From Candidatus Latescibacterota bacterium (GTDB taxonomy: Bacteria > Latescibacterota > UBA2968 > GCA-2709665), in the NCBI GenBank assembly GCA_965116875.1, contig OZ220733.1, forward strand, positions 1,824,001 to 1,888,000: DNA of 64,000 nt, read 5' to 3'. Shown one piece after another: positions 1-12,699 of the stretch; the stretch's first letter is position 1; every line of letters starts with the position of its first letter. The notes under the pieces are model-generated. The model saw only the letters and a program-made list of their open reading frames with translations. It ran no database searches and had not been told where the DNA came from. The position numbers and the translations under genes were made by a program.

Positions 1-2771
1 ACGGCCGGCTTTTTCAGCGACTTCCACGAAGGTATCAGGAGATACGCAAACGCCTGCCGCGCGGACCGGCCCACGCGGCCGCGAAGCTGGTAGAGCTGCG
101 CCAGCCCCATACGGTCCGCCCGGTTCACAATCAGCGTATTCACACTGGGGATATCCAGGCCCGACTCGATAATCATCGTGGAAATCAGGCAGTCGTACCT
201 GGCGTCCAGAAAATCCATCATCACCTTTTCGAGTTGTCTCTCCGGCATCTGACCGTGGGCCACTCCGAACCGCACCTGTGGGACGAGCTGCTCGAGGAAA
301 TTCACCATGGCCGGCATCGACTGCACCCTGTTGTGGACAAAATACACCTGTCCCCCGCGGTCAACCTCCCGCAGAATCGCCTCCGCGACCCTCTCTTCGT
401 CAAACGGCAGGACTTCGGTCGTAATCGGCAGCCGGTCTCTCGGGGGCGTTCGGATGATGGACATATCCCGGGCGCCCATCAGCGACATGTGCAGCGTCCT
501 GGGAATGGGCGTCGCCGTCAGCGTGAGTACGTCCACTTGCCGCCGAACCTGCTTGAGCCGCTCCTTGTGACGCACGCCGAACCGGTGTTCTTCATCGATC
601 ACGAGCAATCCCAGGTCCCGAAACCGGACGTCCTGCGACAACATGCGGTGGGTTCCGACGGCAACGTCCACGCGCCCGGCGGCGAGGCCGTCCAGCGCCG
701 TCCGCAACTCACGGGGCGTGCGAAACCGGCTCAACACGTCGACCGTGACCGGAAGACCGTCCAAACGCTCAGAAAACGTGCGATAGTGCTGCTGCGCGAG
801 AATGGTGGTCGGCGCCAGAACCGCAACCTGCTTTCCTTCGGCCACCGCCTTGAACGCTGCTCTTACCGCCACTTCGGTTTTTCCGTACCCAACGTCGCCG
901 CACACCAGACGATCCATCGGCGCCGACTGCTCCATATCCTCCTTTACTTCCCGAATGGTCTGAAGTTGATCCCGCGTCTCCTGGAACGGAAACGAAGCTT
1001 CAAGAGCTTTCTGGAGCGCTGAGTCATTCGAAAATTCGATTCCGGGCGTTGCTTTTCGCTCCGCGTACAGAGACAGCAACTCGCCCGCCATCTTGAAGAC
1101 TTCCTTTCTGGTCTTTTCCTTTATGCGTTCCCAGGCTGCCGTACCCAGCTTGCTCAGCGCCGGGACAATTCCGTCCTGTCCCGCGTATTTTTGCACACGG
1201 TCCATCTGGTCCACCGGGACGAACACCCGGTCTCCGCCTCTATAATACATCGTCAGACAGTCCTGCCGGACCCCGTCGACCGTGAGATGTTCGATACCTT
1301 CGTAGCGGCCGATTCCATGGTCCACGTGTACGACGAAATCGCCGGCCCGGAGGCTTGAAATGCTGCGGATCGGCGTGGCGTCCTTGAATCGCCGGTAACG
1401 GCGACGCCTGCGGGTGAGGGGATAAATCTCGTGATCGTTCAGCACGGCCACCCGCGCCGTCGGGGACGTATAGGTAAAGCCGCTGTGCAGGGTGCCCACG
1501 CGAATCGTAATGAGGCGCTCCTCTTCTTCGAGCAGTTCTTCGAACCGCGCTTTCTGGCCCTGGCTCTCGCACAACAGAACCACCTCGTAATCCGCCTGCC
1601 AGTGTCTCCTCAAGTCCTCCTTCAGTGATTCCAGATGTCCCTCATATCGCCTGCCGCCGATGCCGGAGAAGTGGACGCCGTCCTCCGACGGCCCGCCCAG
1701 CGGCCAGTTCAGGACGCGGCGCATACCGGACAGCCGTTTCAGGGTCGCATCCGGATGACGGGCGACGGAACATGCCGGAAGGGGCTCCGGCTCTCCGCGA
1801 CGCTTCTTCTGGCGCCGTGCCGCCACCTCCACCCGCGCCCAGGCGTCAGCCGCAGCCGTTTCCACGGCCGGTGGGTCGTCCACAACGACGTAACCTTCCT
1901 GAACGTGGTCCAGCAGGCCGGTGTTGTCCCTGTACAATACGCCCAGGTAATGCTCGAGCCCGTCGAATGCGCCCTGACTCTCCATGAATTCTCGCAGCCC
2001 TTCAAGATCCATCCCAAGCTGCCGTTCCGCTTCGGCCAGGTGCGTCGCAAACACGTCCGACAACGTCTCCGCCAGGACCGCCTCACGGCACGGCAGCACC
2101 CGCACGTTTTCGCGTCCGGCCACAGACCGCTGCGTACCCAGATCGAATGCTCGAATCGATTCCACTTCGTCGCCGAAAAACTCGATGCGGACCGGGTGCG
2201 TGCTGCCAAACGAGCAGACATCCAGAATTCCGCCCCTCACGCTGAACTGTCCCACCCCGCCGACCAGGGTCACGCGCTCGTAACCGATATCCACCAGATG
2301 TTCCGCCAGTCCATCGGGCGCGACCTCGTCCCCGACCTGAATTTCCTGAACTGCCAGATCAAAAAGGTCTGGCGGCAGGGTATGGCTCATCAGGGCCTCC
2401 ACCGGCGCAACCACAACCCCGTCACCCACGCCCCGCAACTGGTCCAGCGCCTCAAGCCGAAGCCCCATCACGTCGAGATGAGGCGACCGGTGGTCGTAAG
2501 GAGAACCGCCCCAGGCCGGAAAGATGCCCACGCGCGCCGAACCCAGCACGCGTTCGAGATCGTCTCGAACTTCCTCCGCCCGGTCCTCCGAAGCACACAC
2601 CACCAATACCGGTCCCGTCGTCGTCTCCTCAATACAGGCGATGCCGAACGCAGCCAGCGAACCGGGCAGCCCGCGCACGGGGATTTCCGGGGTTCGCGCG
2701 GATACCAGACGCGCCAGTTCCTCGAACGGCCGGGACTTCACCATCCTGTCATATATCTGCCTGATCGACAT
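1..2771 (-). CDS. mfd: Transcription-repair coupling factor Mfd (3' end runs off the window)
   Basis: Absent from the ORF track because it is open at the edge. Manual minus-strand translation gives PMDRLVCGDVGYGKTEVAVRAAFKAV (~840-920) and ADRMGLAQLYQLRGRVGRS (~60-120). ATG at 2771 with GGAG upstream. Confidence 0.95.
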   Translation of the reverse strand, partial: MSIRQIYDRMVKSRPFEELARLVSARTPEIPVRGLPGSLAAFGIACIEETTTGPVLVVCASEDRAEEVRDDLERVLGSARVGIFPAWGGSPYDHRSPHLDVMGLRLEALDQLRGVGDGVVVAPVEALMSHTLPPDLFDLAVQEIQVGDEVAPDGLAEHLVDIGYERVTLVGGVGQFSVRGGILDVCSFGSTHPVRIEFFGDEVESIRAFDLGTQRSVAGRENVRVLPCREAVLAETLSDVFATHLAEAERQLGMDLEGLREFMESQGAFDGLEHYLGVLYRDNTGLLDHVQEGYVVVDDPPAVETAAADAWARVEVAARRQKKRRGEPEPLPACSVARHPDATLKRLSGMRRVLNWPLGGPSEDGVHFSGIGGRRYEGHLESLKEDLRRHWQADYEVVLLCESQGQKARFEELLEEEERLITIRVGTLHSGFTYTSPTARVAVLNDHEIYPLTRRRRRYRRFKDATPIRSISSLRAGDFVVHVDHGIGRYEGIEHLTVDGVRQDCLTMYYRGGDRVFVPVDQMDRVQKYAGQDGIVPALSKLGTAAWERIKEKTRKEVFKMAGELLSLYAERKATPGIEFSNDSALQKALEASFPFQETRDQLQTIREVKEDMEQSAPMDRLVCGDVGYGKTEVAVRAAFKAVAEGKQVAVLAPTTILAQQHYRTFSERLDGLPVTVDVLSRFRTPRELRTALDGLAAGRVDVAVGTHRMLSQDVRFRDLGLLVIDEEHRFGVRHKERLKQVRRQVDVLTLTATPIPRTLHMSLMGARDMSIIRTPPRDRLPITTEVLPFDEERVAEAILREVDRGGQVYFVHNRVQSMPAMVNFLEQLVPQVRFGVAHGQMPERQLEKVMMDFLDARYDCLISTMIIESGLDIPSVNTLIVNRADRMGLAQLYQLRGRVGRSARQAFAYLLIPSWKSLKKPA

Positions 2772-2876
2772 GAAAGCTCCTGAGCACCCCGCTGTCCGTA
2801 ACGTTTCCGTACGTAATGACGCCGGCGGCGAATGACGGAAACCACAGGCCGGATCACCGCGACCAACCCCAACGCC

Positions 2877-2907
2877 AAAAGGCCCGACCCTGCGTTGAGT
2901 CGGGCAT
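2877..2907 (-). terminator. Probable intrinsic terminator downstream of tRNA-Asp
   Basis: Minus strand GCCCGACT-caacgcag-GGTCGGGC followed by CTTTT. Confidence 0.5.
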
Positions 2908-2943
2908 TCTCAGTACACACACAAAAAACCACCCTTCCCGATG

Positions 2944-3029
2944 AGACGCTGTATTTAAATTCCCGGTGAGTTCCCGACCGACGCTTTTGCAGCCGCGCGA
3001 AGACCGCTGGGAATTTTAAAACAGCTTCT
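2944..3029. mobile_element. MITE family B, internally deleted copy
   Basis: Ends AGACGCTGTATTTAAATT...AATTTTAAAACAGCTTCT; shares both arms with the element at 9777-9940. Confidence 0.7.
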
Positions 3030-3113
3030 GAAAGGAAGTGGTGGGAGTCCGCAATTCCGCGAAACTTCGGGACGCGGCCTGACCGGTCTTCAGAGACCTC
3101 AGTGACCAATAAA

Positions 3114-3192
3114 TGGCGGGGTAGACGGGACTCGAACCCGCGACCTCAGGCTTGACAGGCCTGCACTCTCACCAATGCTGAGCTACTACCCC
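3114..3192 (-). tRNA. tRNA-Asp (GTC)
   Basis: Acceptor stem GGGGTAG/CTACCCC, anticodon arm CAGGC-CTGTCAA-GCCTG, T-loop GGTTCGAGTCC, encoded CCA. Confidence 0.97.
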
Positions 3193-3439
3193 GCATCGTT
3201 GGAACAAACGCCCGGATCTCCCGCATTTTGGGCGGGCGTAAAGATAACACAGCCCCCGGATGCTGTCAAGCCTTTTCAGGCAAATGCCGCGCGGCCGCGC
3301 GCTTCGTCGGGTGTCCCTCCTTGCCTCAAACTGCCCTTTGTCTTATATTGATCCGATGTCTCAATTTCGTCCTTGTGTCAGGCTCGATTTCGCGGCGGAA
3401 ACGAGCTTCGGACACAAGGGTCAACACATGATCAGGAGC

Positions 3440-4759
3440 ATGGATTCCACCATGGCCAACAACAGTCCCATCGGTATCGGTCTCATCGGCATGGGCGTCG
3501 TGGGCGCCGGCGTCGTTCGCATTCTCAAACAGCGAGCAGACTATTTCCGCTCAATTCGCGGCGTGGCGTTCGACCTGAGGCGGATCGCCGTGAAAGACAT
3601 CTCCAAATCGCGCGAAAGTGACCTGCCCGACGATATCCTCACCGCCAGCGCCGGCGAGGTTGTTGACGATCCCGATATCCAGATCGTTGTGGAAGTGATG
3701 GGAGGCCTCGACCCGGCCGGGAAACTCTGCCTGAAAGCGCTGGAAAACGGCAAAGACCTGGCCACCGCCAACAAGGCCCTGCTCGCGGAACACGGCAACG
3801 ACCTGTTCAGCGCGGCCGCGCGCAGCGGCGCAAACATCGGCTATGAGGCAAGCGTATGCGGCGGCATACCCATCATCCGATCACTGACGGATGGCCTGGC
3901 CGCGAACCGGATTCAGTCCATCTACGGAATCCTCAACGGTACCACCAACTACATCCTTACCAGGATGGCGGATGACGGAGGTGACTTTCATGCGATGCTC
4001 CGCAAGGCCCAGGAAAAGGGGTTTGCCGAAGCGGATCCTGCAATGGATATCGACGGCACGGACGTCGCCCAGAAACTCGCCCTTCTGTGCCGCATCGCCT
4101 TCCGAGTCAGCCTGGATCCCTCGCGAATTCTAAAAGAGGGGATCTCACACGTTTCTCCACTTGATGTAGACTTCGCCAGGGAACTTGGATATACCATCAA
4201 GCTACTGGCCATTGCGAAAGCGATTCACGACCGGATCGAAGCACGCGTCCACCCCGTCCTGGTGCCTTCCGACGCGCTGCTGGCAAATATCAAGGATGAA
4301 TTCAACGCCGTGGAGATCGTGGGGAATGCTGCCGGGCCTCAGGTATTCTACGGCCGGGGCGCGGGGCAGATGCCCACGGCCAGCGCCGTGGTATCCGATC
4401 TGCTCGACCTCGCCGAACGCCGTCTGAGCGGCCGGTCCGCTGGCCGTCCGGCTCTCGCCGATCTGCCCCAGGCAGAAGCAATTCCGCCCGAAGAGGTCGA
4501 AACCAGTTTCTACTGCCGGTTTACCGTGTACGATCAACCCGGCGTACTCGCACGGATCGCGCGCATCTTTTCGGAGCAGAAAATCAGCATCGCGACCGTA
4601 ATCCAGCACGGCCGGTCCGAAACCGAGCAGGGGACCGTGCCGCTTATCATGACCACGCACGAGGCTCGGGAAGCCAGCATGCGTATGGCGGTTCAGCGGA
4701 TCGACCGGCTTTCCATAATCACCGAACCTTCGCAGATCCTTCGCATCGAAGCGCTGTAG
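3440..4759 (+). CDS. hom: Homoserine dehydrogenase with C-terminal ACT domain
   Basis: GMGVVG Rossmann motif, TANKA, EASVCGGIPII, GILNGTTNYIL, DQPGVLARI (ACT). Start placed at the ATG after AGGAG. Confidence 0.95.
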   Translation: MDSTMANNSPIGIGLIGMGVVGAGVVRILKQRADYFRSIRGVAFDLRRIAVKDISKSRESDLPDDILTASAGEVVDDPDIQIVVEVMGGLDPAGKLCLKALENGKDLATANKALLAEHGNDLFSAAARSGANIGYEASVCGGIPIIRSLTDGLAANRIQSIYGILNGTTNYILTRMADDGGDFHAMLRKAQEKGFAEADPAMDIDGTDVAQKLALLCRIAFRVSLDPSRILKEGISHVSPLDVDFARELGYTIKLLAIAKAIHDRIEARVHPVLVPSDALLANIKDEFNAVEIVGNAAGPQVFYGRGAGQMPTASAVVSDLLDLAERRLSGRSAGRPALADLPQAEAIPPEEVETSFYCRFTVYDQPGVLARIARIFSEQKISIATVIQHGRSETEQGTVPLIMTTHEAREASMRMAVQRIDRLSIITEPSQILRIEAL

Positions 4760-4780
4760 AATGAACCCCTCGGCAGACTG

Positions 4781-7270
4781 CTATTGCACGTCTCCGTTGG
4801 GGCCGATCTCCGGCGGAAGCCCTTCCGAACCATCCCCGTCGTTGTTCTGAGAAATCACGCACGCGACGTCAATCACCTCGTCGTCACCGTCGAGATTGAT
4901 CAGCCGCACGCCTTGCGTATTCCTTCCAATTGAACTGATTTCGTGGATCGGCTGCCGGATCAGGATTCCGTTCAGAGTCACTATCATCAGTTCATCCTCG
5001 TCCTCCACTCCCCTCACCGCCACGACCTTTCCGTTACGATCGGTTGTCCGGATGTTGATCACGCCCTTGCCGCCGCGACGGGTCAGCCGGTAATCCGTTA
5101 CACCCGTCCGCTTGCCGTATCCCTTCGCGGAAACCGTAAGAAGCGTGCTGTCGGCGTCCTGCACGACCACCATACACACCACTTCGTCGCCGTCGTCCAG
5201 GGAAACGCCTCGCACCCCCCGGGCGCCCCGCCCCATATCGCGCACGTCGTGTTCGTGAAACCGTATGGCCTGACCGTTTCGGGTTGCCAGCACGATTTCC
5301 TGTGACCCATTCGTGACTTCGGCTCCGATCAATCGGTCGTCGTCGAGGATGTTCATCGCGATGATTCCGCCGCGCCTGGGCCGGCTGTACGCCGGCAGGA
5401 CCGTCTTTTTGACCAGTCCGTTGCGCGTCACTTTCATCAGATAACGCCCGTCGTCAAACGCTCTGACCGGCACGATTGCGGCCACCTTGTGACCCTCGCC
5501 GATCTCGATCAGGTTGACCACCGGACGCCCGCGGGAAACACGTCCGCCTTCGGGAATCTCGTGTACCTTCAGCCAGTAACAGTGACCCCGATCCGTCAGA
5601 AACAGAATGTAGCTGTGGGTGGAAGCGATGAAGAGGTGTTCCACGAAATCCTCTTCCTTGGTCCGCATCCCCTTCACCCCGCGCCCGCCCCTGCGCTGCT
5701 GCCGGTAGGTGTCCACCGGAATTCGCTTGATATATCCCTGGTGGGAAATGGTGATGACCATATCCTCGTCGGCGATCAGGTCTTCGATGTTGAATTCCGA
5801 AGCGGACAACTCGATTCTGGACCGCCGCTCGTCTCCGTATTTCGCTTCTACTTCCTCCAGTTCGGTCCTTACAAGCCCCATTCGCTCCTGCCTGCTGTCC
5901 AGGATCGACTTGAGCCGTGCGATCTCCCTGACCAGCGCCTCGTATTCCTCCTCGATCTTACGGTGTTCGAGTCCCGTCAACCGCTGTATGGTCATCGTCA
6001 ATACTGCCTGCGCCTGCCTCTCGGACAGGGACAGACGTTCCATCAGGACCGAGCGGGCGGCGTCCGGATCGGCTGCCCCCCGGACAATCCGGATGACTTC
6101 CTCTATTGCATCCAGCGCAATTCTCAGTCCTTCCAGGATGTGCGCGCGGTCCTCCGCCACCTGAAGCTCGTACGTGGTGCGCCGAACGACCACGTCGTGC
6201 CTGTGATCGATGTAGTGCTGCAGCACCTGTTTCAGATTCAACTGCCTTGGCTGCCTGTCCACCAGCGCAATCATGTTGGCGCCGAACGTGTTCTCCAACT
6301 GGGTATGTTTGTACAGCTGGTTCAGGACCACCTCGCTATAAGCATCCTGCTTCAATTCCACCACAACCCGCATCCCCTTGCGGTCGGACTCGTCCCGGAT
6401 ATTCGAAATCCCTTCGACCCGCTTCTCCCGAACCAGGTCGGCCATCTTTTCAAGCAGCGCGGCCTTGGCTACCATATAAGGGATTTCAGTAATCACGATG
6501 TTCTCGCGTCCGTTCTTCAGGGTCTCCACGGCGGCGGTCGCCCGCACCCGTATCAGTCCGCGGCCGGTACGGTAGGCATCCAGCACGCCGCTCATCCCGT
6601 AAATCACGCCGCCGGTTGGAAAGTCCGGACCCTTGATGTATTCCATGAGATCCAGGACTTCCAGGTCGGGATTGTCGATCAGCGCCACCAGTCCGGCGAC
6701 GACTTCGCGGAGGTTGTGCGGTGGAATCGCCGTCGCCATCGTCACGGCGATTCCCACGGCGCCGTTGCAAAGCATATTCGGAAAACGGGACGGCAGGACA
6801 GCGGGTTCTTCGAGCCTTTCGTCGTAATTCGGATTGAAATCCACCGTGTCCTTGTCGAGGTCCTGCAACATCTCGCTGCCCGGGCCGGCCATCCTCGCCT
6901 CGGTATACCGCATGGCCGCCGGAGGATACCCGTCGATCGAGCCGAAATTGCCCTGTCCGTCCACCAGCGGATAGCGAAGCTTGAAGTCCTGCGCCAGGTT
7001 GACCAGCGTGGGGTAGACGATTTCCTCGCCGTGAGGATGGTAATTCCCTGAGGTATGCCCGGCGATGTTGGCGCACTTCCTGTGCTGTCGCGTGGGTCCC
7101 AGGCCCAGGTCGTTCATTGCAATGAGGATGCGCCGCTGCGAGGGCTTGAGTCCGTCACGCACGTCCGGCAACGCACGATTCACCAGCGTGCTCATGGAGT
7201 AGTCCAGCATCGACTTCTTCAATTCGTCGCCGATGTCCATCGGAACGATCCGCTGCCGAGCGCTCATCAT
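4781..7270 (-). CDS. gyrA: DNA gyrase subunit A
   Basis: RALPDVRDGLKP, YHPHG, AAMRYTE (catalytic Tyr), GyrA-box QRRGGRG. Confidence 0.98.
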   Translation of the reverse strand: MMSARQRIVPMDIGDELKKSMLDYSMSTLVNRALPDVRDGLKPSQRRILIAMNDLGLGPTRQHRKCANIAGHTSGNYHPHGEEIVYPTLVNLAQDFKLRYPLVDGQGNFGSIDGYPPAAMRYTEARMAGPGSEMLQDLDKDTVDFNPNYDERLEEPAVLPSRFPNMLCNGAVGIAVTMATAIPPHNLREVVAGLVALIDNPDLEVLDLMEYIKGPDFPTGGVIYGMSGVLDAYRTGRGLIRVRATAAVETLKNGRENIVITEIPYMVAKAALLEKMADLVREKRVEGISNIRDESDRKGMRVVVELKQDAYSEVVLNQLYKHTQLENTFGANMIALVDRQPRQLNLKQVLQHYIDHRHDVVVRRTTYELQVAEDRAHILEGLRIALDAIEEVIRIVRGAADPDAARSVLMERLSLSERQAQAVLTMTIQRLTGLEHRKIEEEYEALVREIARLKSILDSRQERMGLVRTELEEVEAKYGDERRSRIELSASEFNIEDLIADEDMVITISHQGYIKRIPVDTYRQQRRGGRGVKGMRTKEEDFVEHLFIASTHSYILFLTDRGHCYWLKVHEIPEGGRVSRGRPVVNLIEIGEGHKVAAIVPVRAFDDGRYLMKVTRNGLVKKTVLPAYSRPRRGGIIAMNILDDDRLIGAEVTNGSQEIVLATRNGQAIRFHEHDVRDMGRGARGVRGVSLDDGDEVVCMVVVQDADSTLLTVSAKGYGKRTGVTDYRLTRRGGKGVINIRTTDRNGKVVAVRGVEDEDELMIVTLNGILIRQPIHEISSIGRNTQGVRLINLDGDDEVIDVACVISQNNDGDGSEGLPPEIGPNGDVQ

Positions 7271-7341
7271 GCTTCGTGTCTCCCGTATCTGTCAATTCGG
7301 CGCCCGACCCGGCGTGTTTCCGGGACAGGCGCCATACACGT

Positions 7342-9336
<1,995 letters not shown>

Positions 9337-9684
9337 TCACCTCCTGAAACGGATGGACGTTACGACCTCCCGTCCCAGGGCCTTGTTCAACCTGGCCTGT
9401 ATGCGGTGCCGTTCGATCGACAGCCGGTGGCGCACCGCGTCGTGTGTGATCCGGATGACGAGTTCCCCCTTTCGAATCTCCGCCGGTCGGGCCATCGCGT
9501 CGGGCACACCGGTAAGTTCGTCAATCAGTTCCGGCAAAAGCATCAACGCGCGCTGCTCAAGGAGCTTCGTCCCGATGCCCAGCGCACGTACGGCCGCTGC
9601 CAGGGCCTCTCTCAGTGTAACCGTGCCCGCGCCCGTCCGATCGACCCGGTGCGTGCGGCTTGCGACTTTTTCACTGAAACCCAT
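9337..9684 (-). CDS. DUF721 / DciA-like protein
   Basis: Size and position between recF and gyrB are typical. The ORF-track start (9741) lies inside a MITE remnant, so ATG 9684 is preferred. Confidence 0.65.
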   Translation of the reverse strand: MGFSEKVASRTHRVDRTGAGTVTLREALAAAVRALGIGTKLLEQRALMLLPELIDELTGVPDAMARPAEIRKGELVIRITHDAVRHRLSIERHRIQARLNKALGREVVTSIRFRR

Positions 9685-9688
9685 CTCA

Positions 9689-9750
9689 TGCCGTCCGTTG
9701 ATAAAGTCGCTCTTCCGGCGAGCCCGTATGGGCTTTCTCAACGGATTGTC
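9689..9750. mobile_element. MITE family A, minimal remnant
   Basis: GTCCGTTGATAAAGTCGCTC...GCCCGTATGGGCTTTCTCAACGGATTGT resembles both ends of the 24348-24675 element. Confidence 0.6.
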
Positions 9751-9776
9751 ACATCCCGGGCAGCCCCGTGCGGCTA

Positions 9777-9940
9777 AGAAGCTGTTTTAAAATTACCGGT
9801 GAGTTCCCGAGCGCGAGCGAAAAAGTGGCGGTCAAGGCGGGAAAATCCGCCCATATTTGTCTATACGGGTGGATTTGACCAACGCCGACCGGCGCTTTTG
9901 CAGCCGCGCGAAGACCGCTGGGAATTTTAAGACAGCTTCT
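9777..9940. mobile_element. MITE family B, 164-bp copy
   Basis: Terminal inverted repeats AGAAGCTGTTTTAAAATT / AATTTTAAGACAGCTTCT; no coding capacity; right end overlaps the recF stop. Confidence 0.75.
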
Positions 9941-11021
9941 AAATCCTCACCAATTGAAATCCGCGATCCTCGAAGTTCATTCCGGGTTCCCGCGCGGCGG
10001 TGATGAACACCTGACCGAATGACGTGACAAGCTCCATGGCCGCTTCTGAACGGTGCTGGTCCAACTCCGCGAAGACGTCGTCCATCAACAGCACCGGGAA
10101 ACGACCGGTGTGGGACTTGAGATACGCGGCCTCCGCAAGTTTCCAGGCCAGCAGAATGCTCTTGAGTTGGCCCTTGGATGCGAATTTGTGCGCGCTTCTG
10201 CTGTCCAGCGTGAAAATCAGGTTGTCCCTGTGCGGGCCGACCAGCGTATAGCCCAGGTCCGCTTCATCTGCCCGCTTCCGATTCAGTTCGGCCTCCAGGA
10301 TTTCCTGGCCGCGGTCTCGTTCGTCAGGGCGTACGGGACTCCGGTAAACGGGCCCGATCTGTTCCCTGCCCTGCGAAATCTTCCGATAGGTTTCGTGGAT
10401 TGCGGGCCGCATCGCATCCAGCGCGTCCAATCTTTCGTGAATGATTCGCGCCCCAAGCGCCGCCAGTTGTACGTCCCAGGGCGCGAGATGGCGGACATCC
10501 GGCGCCCGTCCCTGACCCTCTTTCAGCAGCCGGTTCCTCTGGGCCAGTACACGGCGGTATTGATCCAGATCGGACAGGTAGGAGGCCTTGCTCTGGGAGA
10601 CGAGGATGTCCAGGAGACGGCGACGCTGGGGGGGATCCCGCAAGACCAGGTCTACATCTTCCGGGAAGAACAGAACGGCGTTAAAGGTGCCGACGAGGTT
10701 CGAAAGGCGAGGGAGAGGGGCTGTATCCAGAAGCGCTTTTTTTTTGCCGGCGCGACGATCGAACGCGATCCGGATCGACCTCGAGCGGTCTTCGCAGGCG
10801 ACGCCCGCTTCGATGACGAAGTATTCCGCCCCCCACCGAACGACGTCCCTGTCTCGCGAGCCGCGACCGGATCTGGCTATGGCAAGAAAATATATCGCTT
10901 CCAGAAGGTTTGACTTGCCCGCACCGTTTTCGGCGCAAACCGCGGTCTTCCGGCCCGGAAACTCAAAGTCGACGGCATCGAAATTTCGATAGTTGACAAG
11001 CTTGAGCGCCGTAAGGTACAA
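9939..11021 (-). CDS. recF: DNA replication/repair protein RecF
   Basis: NYRNF, Walker A ENGAGKSNLLEAI, GPHRD, SKGQ, LLMDDVFAELD. Confidence 0.97.
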   Translation of the reverse strand: MYLTALKLVNYRNFDAVDFEFPGRKTAVCAENGAGKSNLLEAIYFLAIARSGRGSRDRDVVRWGAEYFVIEAGVACEDRSRSIRIAFDRRAGKKKALLDTAPLPRLSNLVGTFNAVLFFPEDVDLVLRDPPQRRRLLDILVSQSKASYLSDLDQYRRVLAQRNRLLKEGQGRAPDVRHLAPWDVQLAALGARIIHERLDALDAMRPAIHETYRKISQGREQIGPVYRSPVRPDERDRGQEILEAELNRKRADEADLGYTLVGPHRDNLIFTLDSRSAHKFASKGQLKSILLAWKLAEAAYLKSHTGRFPVLLMDDVFAELDQHRSEAAMELVTSFGQVFITAAREPGMNFEDRGFQLVRI

Positions 11022-11100
11022 AACCCTTCGCCATTCAGTCGTTTAACCGTAGCAGGCTCCGAGCGCCGCGGCCGACCGACCGGAGGACCATGCCCACCCA

Positions 11101-12300
11101 TCAGTCGTTTATCCGAAGCGGCATCAGCAGGCAGAGATAGTCTTCGCCTTCCGGCTGCTCGGCCGGACGAATGATCCCCGCGGCCATCGGCCCGTCCAAC
11201 TCGAACATTACCTGCTCGGAGTCGATACGTCTGAGAATATCGAGGAGATAGTTCGAATTATAACCGACCACCATTTCATTACCGCTGTATTCGGCTTCCA
11301 GTTCCTCGCGCGCCTCGCCTCCAATCTCCTGGCTCGAGGCCGAGAGTACGACGCGGTCGGTGTTCATTTCCAGGCGCACCTGGTGGGTCTGCGCGCTGGA
11401 AAGGATCGAGACCCGTCGAACAGCAGGCATGAACTGGCCGTTGGGCACTTTCATTCTGGTGGCATTGTCCTGGGGGATCACCTGCTCGTAGTCGACATAG
11501 GGCCCTTCGACCAGTCGAGAAAACAGACGTATGGCGCCCCCGGCGCCCGTCCCGGAGCCATTGGCCGCCCGCAGATCGAACACGAGGTGATTCTGACCGA
11601 ACAGCACCCGGCCCAGGCTGCATCCGGCGGAATCCAGCTTCACCAGATGGTTCAGCGCCCGTGTGGGAACGATTGCTTCGGTTGAGACCTCCTGCGCGTC
11701 GGACCGGGAGAGGCTCCTGGAGTACCGGACCAGCCTTGCGCCGTCCGTGGCAACCATGGTCATCCGGCCGCCGCCGACCTTCCAGAACACGCCGTTCAGC
11801 ACGGGTCTGGTTTCGTCCCTGGATACGGCAAACGAAGTTTTCTGAATCATGTCCCGCAACAACAGACCCTCGCTCCCGGCCTCAGGCGCTTCTTCTTCGG
11901 TTTCGAAAGCCATCTCGGGGCCCTCGATTTCGGCGGGCAATTCGGGAAAGTCTTCAGCAGGCGCCGCCATGAGCGCATACGATCCTTCCAGCCCTGACTG
12001 GCACTGAAGCGCCACGCGCCCGGACGCTTCCGTGAGAACAACGGGGCCCTCCGGCAATTCCCGTACGATTTCGGCGAATTTGCGCGCCGGGACCGTGGTC
12101 GATCCCGGTGTTTCCACGGTACCCTCCAGCATACAGTTGATGGATATATCCAGATCTGTTGCGGTCAGGCAAACTTCACCGCTCTCGTTGGTTCCGACGA
12201 GTATATTCGACAGCACCGGGAGGGCTGTTTTCGACGGAACGATATCCAGCACCGAGTTGATGCCCCAGATGAGCATTTCCTGCTCGATAACCACCTTCAT
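11101..12300 (-). CDS. dnaN: DNA polymerase III beta clamp
   Basis: LPVLSNIL, TDLDI, DETRPVLNG, ATDGARL, C-terminal LLMPLR; downstream of dnaA. Confidence 0.97.
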   Translation of the reverse strand: MKVVIEQEMLIWGINSVLDIVPSKTALPVLSNILVGTNESGEVCLTATDLDISINCMLEGTVETPGSTTVPARKFAEIVRELPEGPVVLTEASGRVALQCQSGLEGSYALMAAPAEDFPELPAEIEGPEMAFETEEEAPEAGSEGLLLRDMIQKTSFAVSRDETRPVLNGVFWKVGGGRMTMVATDGARLVRYSRSLSRSDAQEVSTEAIVPTRALNHLVKLDSAGCSLGRVLFGQNHLVFDLRAANGSGTGAGGAIRLFSRLVEGPYVDYEQVIPQDNATRMKVPNGQFMPAVRRVSILSSAQTHQVRLEMNTDRVVLSASSQEIGGEAREELEAEYSGNEMVVGYNSNYLLDILRRIDSEQVMFELDGPMAAGIIRPAEQPEGEDYLCLLMPLRIND

Positions 12301-12699
12301 TTTAAGTCTCCCGGGAACACGTGCTTCAACGACGTTGCTCCACCAGAATCCGGTTGAAATTCAGGGATTGATTTCGCAGGAAAAAGTGCCTTGATCGGCC
12401 GCAGGTTACTAAACCGTAATATACTGATTTTTATCGAATTTGTCAACGATCTTTGTCTATCTCGAGGTCCTCCGGAAAGCCTCTTTCGAAACGCCCGGTA
12501 CGCCATCGCGACGAACCGGGTTTCAGTCTTTTTGACGCACGCTCGAATTGACCCGTGAACCCGCCGTTTTTCCCTGTCAACTGCTGCGAGAGCCCGCGGA
12601 TTCCGGAGTGGATTCAACGGTGCTGCGGCGCTCCGGGTCAACGTCTCGAAGGGCCGACACGGCAACCCGTCTTTCAGGAAAACGCATCATCCCGCATCC

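Noticed and set aside
234-2783. Long plus-strand ORFs 234-1022 and 1635-2783
   Set aside because: Antisense shadows of mfd; no family motifs, and typical of high-GC DNA.
3030-3260. tRNA-Asp as an integration site
   Set aside because: No integrase nearby and no duplicate of the tRNA 3' end noticed in the window.
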